IMG/VR virus record: IMGVR_UViG_3300005964_000055
Coordinates: 1-5,855 of that record
Strand: one strand, 5' to 3'
Length of the DNA stretch: 5,855 nt
Under the pieces are notes generated by a model. It did not search any database, had not been told where the DNA came from, and saw only the letters and a program-made list of their open reading frames with translations. Made by a program: the position numbers and the translations under genes. Below, one piece after another: positions 1-4,320 of this stretch. Position 1 is the first letter of the stretch. Every line of letters starts with the position of its first letter.

Positions 1-479
1 ACAATTATTTGTAAAATTGCTAATCCGTCTACTAAATATGCATAAACTGACTTTTTAACTACGCTAAGTAAAGCAATAGCGAATAATAGTTCTGAAATTA
101 AAAACTTATCAAATATTGGAATATTGAAATTTAACAATACAAGGTTTGATAATACTGGAGCTGAAAATACATAAATTAACCAGAGCGAAATTCCAAAAAT
201 TGTATAAAACTTTGGAGAAAATGAAGATCTAATGTATGCATAATCTCCTCCATTTAATGGAATTTTCTTAGTCAGTAAATAATACATTACAAGTAACGGA
301 ATTCCAAAAGCAGAGCCTATAAGAACCGCAATTAATAAGTTTACATTTTTCATCATTTCAGAGACAAATAATGGATAACTTATTCCGCTCAAAATGCCCA
401 TGTACAAAAGATTTATAGAAAAAATATCTAATGCTGAAAAGCTTTTTATTACACCTGAACTTTCTCTTTTAAATTCCAT
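1..479 (-). CDS. APC-superfamily amino-acid permease, N-terminal 159 codons (3' end outside window)
   Basis: Manual translation from ATG at 479 is open to the window edge: MEFKRESSGVIKSFSALDIFSINLLYMGILSGISYPLF...LLIAVLIGSAFGIPLLVMYYLLTKKIPLNGGDYAYIRSSFSPKFYTIFGISLWLIYVFSAP...LQII. It has the archaeal APC N-terminal F-x-R-E-S-S-G motif, the P-x-x-GG-x-Y-x-Y-I loop after TM2 and several hydrophobic TM segments. Not in the ORF track because no stop codon lies in the window. Confidence 0.9.
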   Translation of the reverse strand, partial: MEFKRESSGVIKSFSALDIFSINLLYMGILSGISYPLFVSEMMKNVNLLIAVLIGSAFGIPLLVMYYLLTKKIPLNGGDYAYIRSSFSPKFYTIFGISLWLIYVFSAPVLSNLVLLNFNIPIFDKFLISELLFAIALLSVVKKSVYAYLVDGLAILQII

Positions 480-491
480 ATCATAGTTTCA

Positions 492-520
492 ATTTTATGA
501 CCAATTTAAGATTTACTCGA
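492..520 (-). promoter_or_regulatory. Permease promoter: TATA-like TTAAAT followed by GTCATAAAAT (rudiviral GTC element)
   Basis: Minus strand reads cTTAAATtgGTCATAAAATtgaaactatgatATG. TATA-like box at 509-504, G of GTC at 501, 22 nt before the ATG at 479. A GTC downstream of the TATA box is a described rudivirus promoter feature. Confidence 0.7.
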
Positions 521-523
521 AAT

Positions 524-549
524 TTAAAGAAATAAATATGTCATAAAAT
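524..549 (+). promoter_or_regulatory. Promoter of the 125-aa ORF: purine-rich BRE, ATAAATAT box and GTCATAAAAT
   Basis: aaagaa-ATAAATAT-GTCATAAAAT; G of GTC at 540, 23 nt before the ATG at 563. Confidence 0.7.
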
Positions 550-562
550 ATTTATCATATTG

Positions 563-940
563 ATGGCTAAGGAGTTTAAGTTAAGAGATAACGTGATAGT
601 TAAGATAAACGAAAATCAAGCTGAAGTAATTGTAGAAAATAAATATAAACTTTTTATAACTCTTTATGAGAATAATGTTACTGCTGAGTATAGTGATGTT
701 TCTATTTCAATTGAATATGATAAATTTGATGCTGAAAAATTAGCAAGAAAAATTTATGTTATAGTTCAACAATCTCATAGATTTTCAATTCTGTTAATTA
801 AAGAAGTTTTGGAATTGATTAAAATTAATAATATTTATGATGAAATAATAAGAGAGATAAAGAAGTTAAAGAGAGAAGAAAATATTGAAGCATTACTAAA
901 AATTTATGATTTTTTAAGTAAAAGTCAAAGCGTTAAATAA
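563..940 (+). CDS. Hypothetical viral protein, 125 aa (beta-rich N-half, charged helical C-half)
   Basis: The ORF track starts at TTG 560. The ATG at 563 is preferred because it fits the 22-23 nt GTC-to-start spacing. Composition is Lys/Glu/Ile-rich and no family motif was recognised. Confidence 0.75.
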   Translation: MAKEFKLRDNVIVKINENQAEVIVENKYKLFITLYENNVTAEYSDVSISIEYDKFDAEKLARKIYVIVQQSHRFSILLIKEVLELIKINNIYDEIIREIKKLKREENIEALLKIYDFLSKSQSVK

Positions 941-1978
941 TTGTTTTTTTACAGTTTCATAACTAAAGTTTTCTAACCAAAAGTTATAGTTTTCTTCAAT
1001 TTTTGCTTTATATTCATCCAATTTATCTAAAACTTCTAATATTTTATCTATAGCTTTATCCATACACATTTCTACACCATTTCCAATATGAATTGGATTA
1101 TTCCATAGAACTTCTGGAAATCTACAAGAATCAACTAGTAAATCTTTCAATTGAGGCGGAAAATATTCTTCCCATGCACCACCTTTAGTTGCAATTACTG
1201 GAATTTTGGAAACAAAAGCTTCTAAACCATTTAATTCAAAACTTCCACCTCTTGAAGTTAGTAAATACAAATCTGAAATTCTATACATTTTAACTATATT
1301 ATCAAAATCAGTATTTCCAGTCAAATTAAACATTCTCAAATCTTGAAAATCTGTTCTCGGTCCACCTGATTTTACTAGAAAATAAACATCATTCCTTTCT
1401 TTTTGTATTTCTCTAGCTATATTATGAAATAAATCAGCTCCTTTACGAAAATCAGAATGCCATAACGAAATCATTATTAGTTTTATTTTCTTTTCATTTT
1501 TAACTTTTTCAATATATTTAACTTGTTCATCAACTTTTAACTCATTATCTTTTGCTAATAATCTAGAATTGAAATTATGAACAACTTTAAAAATTGGAAT
1601 TTTTAATCCAGAATTTTTAAAAGCGTTTAATGTCCATTCAGAATTTCCAATTAGTCTATCCGCATAGTTATTAGCATAATCTATGAATTTTTCTGAAATT
1701 CTATCACTGTCAGCTACTTCAACTCCAATAATTGCTGAAACTCGGCTTCTATATTGCTCAAAAAATGAGAATTCAACTTTTCCCCAGTGCCACATTGAAT
1801 AAAAGAACGGATGAATTATAGAAATTGGATATCTGAATGGAGTAAATTGATAAAATGATAGAGCTGGAATTTCGTAAACTGTATATTTTTCTTTTAACAT
1901 TTTTATATGTTGTAAAGCAATAAATTTAAAAGAAACATCATGATGTTGAGGATAAACGTAATAAATTATATTTGACAT
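914..1978 (-). CDS. GT-B fold glycosyltransferase, GT4/Glycos_transf_1-like (resembles the ~356-aa rudiviral GT)
   Basis: Motifs D-R-L-I-G-N-S-E-W-T, V-V-H-N, R-K-G-A-D-L-F (aa 178), Y-R-I-S-D-L-Y-L-L-T-S-R-G-G-S-F-E-L-N-G-L-E-A and P-V-I-A-T-K-G-G-A-W-E-E, plus a C-terminal F-S-Y-E helix, all typical of GT4 C-terminal domains. Confidence 0.93.
   Translation of the reverse strand: MSNIIYYVYPQHHDVSFKFIALQHIKMLKEKYTVYEIPALSFYQFTPFRYPISIIHPFFYSMWHWGKVEFSFFEQYRSRVSAIIGVEVADSDRISEKFIDYANNYADRLIGNSEWTLNAFKNSGLKIPIFKVVHNFNSRLLAKDNELKVDEQVKYIEKVKNEKKIKLIMISLWHSDFRKGADLFHNIAREIQKERNDVYFLVKSGGPRTDFQDLRMFNLTGNTDFDNIVKMYRISDLYLLTSRGGSFELNGLEAFVSKIPVIATKGGAWEEYFPPQLKDLLVDSCRFPEVLWNNPIHIGNGVEMCMDKAIDKILEVLDKLDEYKAKIEENYNFWLENFSYETVKKQLFNALTFT
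941..950 (+). terminator. Putative archaeal oligo-T terminator
   Basis: ttgttttttt immediately follows the TAA at 938-940. It also lies inside the opposite-strand CDS (Lys codons), so it may be incidental. Confidence 0.4.
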
Positions 1979-1985
1979 TTTATGT

Positions 1986-1990
1986 TCACC
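1986..1990 (-). promoter_or_regulatory. Shine-Dalgarno GGTGA for the GT-B gene, overlapping the GT-A stop codon
   Basis: Minus strand: TGG TGA acataaa ATG. The Sulfolobales-type SD is 7 nt before the ATG at 1978. Confidence 0.7.
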
Positions 1991-2591
1991 AGCTAATTAA
2001 TACAAATTCTGGAATATGTTTAAATACTTGATTTATATCATTCAAAGTAAATTCCATTCTTTTTTCGCCTTCTGGAATTTTTACATAATGTATAGTTCCT
2101 AATTTTAATATATTTATAGGCAAAATATGGTCATGTAGAAATATATCTATTGGAAAATATTCATAATATTGTTTATCAAGATAGACATTTAATATAATTT
2201 CAAAAATTGCAATATGTTTTTTATTAAAAATGTAATTTGTTCCAGAACAAAACGGTCTAATCTCGTTAGCCCAGTCATAATAAAGCCAATAACATAAAGT
2301 CAAAATTCTATTTTGTGGATCAATATTCCTAATTTTTGGAACAATTAGATCACTATCAATTATCGCAAATATATCATCATCTTGATCTTTTGCTATATCT
2401 AGAATTTTCAATAATTGTTTCGCAATTCTGACCCATCTTATATTACTATTTGTTTCATTCCAGATAATTTTATCTGAATATTTATCGATTAACTGGGGAG
2501 TTAAATCATTAAAAGTTTTATCTACTACAACATAGTCAAAATCCAGTTCTTCTAAATGCTTTGTAAATCCAACAAAAGTAAAGATTTTCAT
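1986..2591 (-). CDS. GT-A fold (GT2-like) glycosyltransferase with DxD motif
   Basis: N-terminal strand plus V-V-V-D, hydrophobic F-A-I-I-D-S-D-L (DxD at aa 79-81, nt 2357-2349), C-S-G-T-N-Y-I-F strand, acidic P-I-D and a late H-Y. Size and layout match small crenarchaeal-virus GT-A enzymes. Confidence 0.8.
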   Translation of the reverse strand: MKIFTFVGFTKHLEELDFDYVVVDKTFNDLTPQLIDKYSDKIIWNETNSNIRWVRIAKQLLKILDIAKDQDDDIFAIIDSDLIVPKIRNIDPQNRILTLCYWLYYDWANEIRPFCSGTNYIFNKKHIAIFEIILNVYLDKQYYEYFPIDIFLHDHILPINILKLGTIHYVKIPEGEKRMEFTLNDINQVFKHIPEFVLISW

Positions 2592-2604
2592 AATTATTTC
2601 TCAA

Positions 2605-2630
2605 GTTCATGACAAATTAAAATATTGCTA
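2605..2630 (-). promoter_or_regulatory. Promoter of the glycosyltransferase pair: TTTTAATTT + GTCATGAAC
   Basis: Minus strand: gcaataTTTTAATTT-GTCATGAAC-ttgagaaataatt-ATG. G of GTC at 2613, 22 nt before the ATG at 2591, the same spacing as the permease promoter. Confidence 0.7.
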
Positions 2631-2722
2631 ATTCGTAACGAGAACAATTAGATCAAGCTATATACATAATATGATATATAAGTTATGAGTTTATTTTTAC
2701 TACAATTTAAGTATATAAACAT

Positions 2723-3646
2723 ATGAGCATTACATATGCTTCAATCTCAAGTTTATTAGCTTCACCATTTCAGCGTTTAACATCTGGAATGTGGAACACT
2801 GCATCTTTGCTTTTAATTCAGCTTTATGAGACTGGTGGAAATGCTGTAACTTCAATTCTAAAAAATGGAAACTTAACAATTCCAGGTTCAATAAATGCTA
2901 GTTCTGGATTTTTCTATGATGAAATTTATATAGCTGGACAGCCAGTTTTAACAGAACTAGATCCAATTTATATTGCTGGATTTATAGCTACTGCAAATCA
3001 ACAAATAAATTTAATTTTATATTCAAATGAACAACTTTATTATTCAATTGTCAAACTTCCGCAAGAAATTTATGAAAAAATTATAGTTGCCGTGCCTACA
3101 GCTACTTCAGTTTTAACTAAAGATACAATTGCTTTATATGAGACAATTTATAATGTTGTAAATTATTTAATTTCAAATGTTCAACAAACTAGAACTATAA
3201 TTAGTCAAGATTTACAGAATTTCTATGTTTCATTTTATGAATTAGTAAGTTCAATAGCTAAAAGATTAGGTCTTTCGTTACAAAATGCGATTTATTTTAT
3301 TGCAGATTCTATAGCTTATACATTAACATATGTTTATTTAGCTACAGTTGGTTTAGCTAATACAATTAATAAACTTTCTTTGTATTTATCACCGCCAACT
3401 ATAGAAGGTTTACAATTAGATGTCTCTACAACACCGAGTCCACTTTATTCAGGCCCGTCTATAGAAACTGTAAGAATAATTCTTCAAAATCTGAGTAATT
3501 ATATAGTTTATATTGGGAATCAATTATACAATAATTTCCCAATTTTGCCAAATGATAGTATAGAAATTCATGTTAATAATCCTAGTAATATTTACGCATG
3601 GGCTACTGGAAAATGTCAAGTTTATGCTCTATTCGAGGTTGTATAG
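2723..3646 (+). CDS. 307-aa viral protein, putative fibre/minor structural protein (N-terminal motif, helical stalk, C-terminal beta-sandwich)
   Basis: Long clean ORF. N-terminal Q-R-L-T-S-G-M-W-N motif is shared with the large minus-strand protein, the middle is amphipathic/helical, and aa 224-307 are alternating beta-strands (RIILQNLSNYIVYIG...ILPNDSIEIHV...IYAWA). CDS status is secure; the function is inferred. Confidence 0.7.
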   Translation: MSITYASISSLLASPFQRLTSGMWNTASLLLIQLYETGGNAVTSILKNGNLTIPGSINASSGFFYDEIYIAGQPVLTELDPIYIAGFIATANQQINLILYSNEQLYYSIVKLPQEIYEKIIVAVPTATSVLTKDTIALYETIYNVVNYLISNVQQTRTIISQDLQNFYVSFYELVSSIAKRLGLSLQNAIYFIADSIAYTLTYVYLATVGLANTINKLSLYLSPPTIEGLQLDVSTTPSPLYSGPSIETVRIILQNLSNYIVYIGNQLYNNFPILPNDSIEIHVNNPSNIYAWATGKCQVYALFEVV

Positions 3647-3657
3647 AGTTGATAAAA

Positions 3658-3828
3658 ATGTGGAATTATTGGATAGAAAAATTTAGAGAATGTGTAGATT
3701 TTGTTTGTTTAAACAATACAGTTCATGAATGTTATGAAATTTGTGATAAAAAAGAATTTCCAGATGATGTTAATGAATGTTATGCAATATGTAATGAACT
3801 TTATGAAGAAAATGCCAGATTTTTCTAA
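3658..3828 (+). CDS. 56-aa acidic Cys-rich microprotein (CX4C-X7-CX3C-X11-CX3C)
   Basis: Re-called start at ATG 3658 avoids a 49-nt overlap with the upstream gene and follows an SD-like GAGTTGAT (3646-3653). Protein: MWNYWIEKFRECVDFVCLNNTVHECYEICDKKEFPDDVNECYAICNELYEENARFF. It fills the gap between two co-oriented genes. Confidence 0.7.
   Translation: MWNYWIEKFRECVDFVCLNNTVHECYEICDKKEFPDDVNECYAICNELYEENARFF
3721..3795 (+). repeat. Imperfect in-frame 27-nt direct repeat, 48-nt spacing (VHECYEICD / VNECYAICN)
   Basis: gttcatgaatgttatgaaatttgtgat (3721-3747) vs gttaatgaatgttatgcaatatgtaat (3769-3795): 23/27 identical. Confidence 0.8.
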
Positions 3829-3830
3829 TT

Positions 3831-3837
3831 AGGTGAT
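3831..3837 (+). promoter_or_regulatory. Shine-Dalgarno AGGTGAT for the methyltransferase
   Basis: AGGTGAT-att-ATG(3841), complementary to the archaeal 16S 3' end and typical of internal operon genes in Sulfolobales. Confidence 0.75.
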
Positions 3838-3840
3838 ATT

Positions 3841-4317
3841 ATGGATTATAAAGATTATTTTTGTAAATTGGAATGTTGTTATTGGCACGAGTTTGATTTA
3901 GCTTATGGAAGACTTGATGTTAAAGATAGAACAATTACGATAATTGGTAATGATTGTGGAAGTTCAGCTTTATATTTTTTACTTAAAGGAGCTAAGAGAA
4001 TTATCGGATATGAAAAAAGTGATAAGTTAAATAAAAGATTTAAAGAAAAAGTTTGCAAAGAATTTAATATTTGTGATAAAGTTGATGTAAATGGAGAATG
4101 GATTGGAAAAGAATATCCTGACACTGACATTTTCGTGATGGATTGTGAAGGATGTGAAGCCAAATTAGATTTTTCTCAATTGCAAAAATATAAGCAATAT
4201 TGTATTGCTATTCATGATTGGACAAAAAACAGATTTGATTTAATGCGAAAATTATATGGCACAGTTCTAACTTTTATAACTGATGATAATAAAGAATTTG
4301 TATTTTGTAAGTTATGA
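3841..4317 (+). CDS. SAM-dependent methyltransferase, FkbM-like (resembles the 158-aa rudiviral MTase)
   Basis: Motif I region T-I-I-G-N-D-C-G-S-S-A-L-Y-F-L-L-K-G-A-K-R-I-I-G-Y-E and D-I-F-V-M-D-C-E-G-C-E match the FkbM pattern (D-x-G-A-x-x-G...V-x-A-F-E; l-K-i-D-x-E-G-x-E), followed by I-A-I-H. Confidence 0.85.
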   Translation: MDYKDYFCKLECCYWHEFDLAYGRLDVKDRTITIIGNDCGSSALYFLLKGAKRIIGYEKSDKLNKRFKEKVCKEFNICDKVDVNGEWIGKEYPDTDIFVMDCEGCEAKLDFSQLQKYKQYCIAIHDWTKNRFDLMRKLYGTVLTFITDDNKEFVFCKL

Positions 4318-4320
4318 AAA

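Noticed and set aside
2339-2655. Exact 14-bp direct repeat GAACAATTAGATCA (2339-2352 at the GT-A DxD codons; 2642-2655 intergenic)
   Set aside because: A rough estimate gives about one such match by chance in 5.9 kb at this AT content. There is no third copy or element structure, although recombination between the copies would delete the GT promoter.
3598-3657. 20-codon N-terminal extension of the Cys microprotein (76-aa call)
   Set aside because: Overlaps the end of the 307-aa gene; ATG 3658 has an SD-like site and fits operon spacing.
3903-4163. 86-aa minus-strand ORF from the track
   Set aside because: Lies wholly antisense within the methyltransferase; Ser/Leu/Pro/Phe-rich shadow composition and no evident promoter or SD.
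3859-4314. FCKL tetrapeptide at both ends of the methyltransferase
   Set aside because: Too short, and the DNA similarity is low-complexity; no evidence of duplication or circular permutation.
3841-4317. Methyltransferase as a restriction-modification DNA methylase
   Set aside because: No amino-MTase (D/N/S)PP(Y/F) or C5 PC motif, very small size, and FkbM-type motifs instead.
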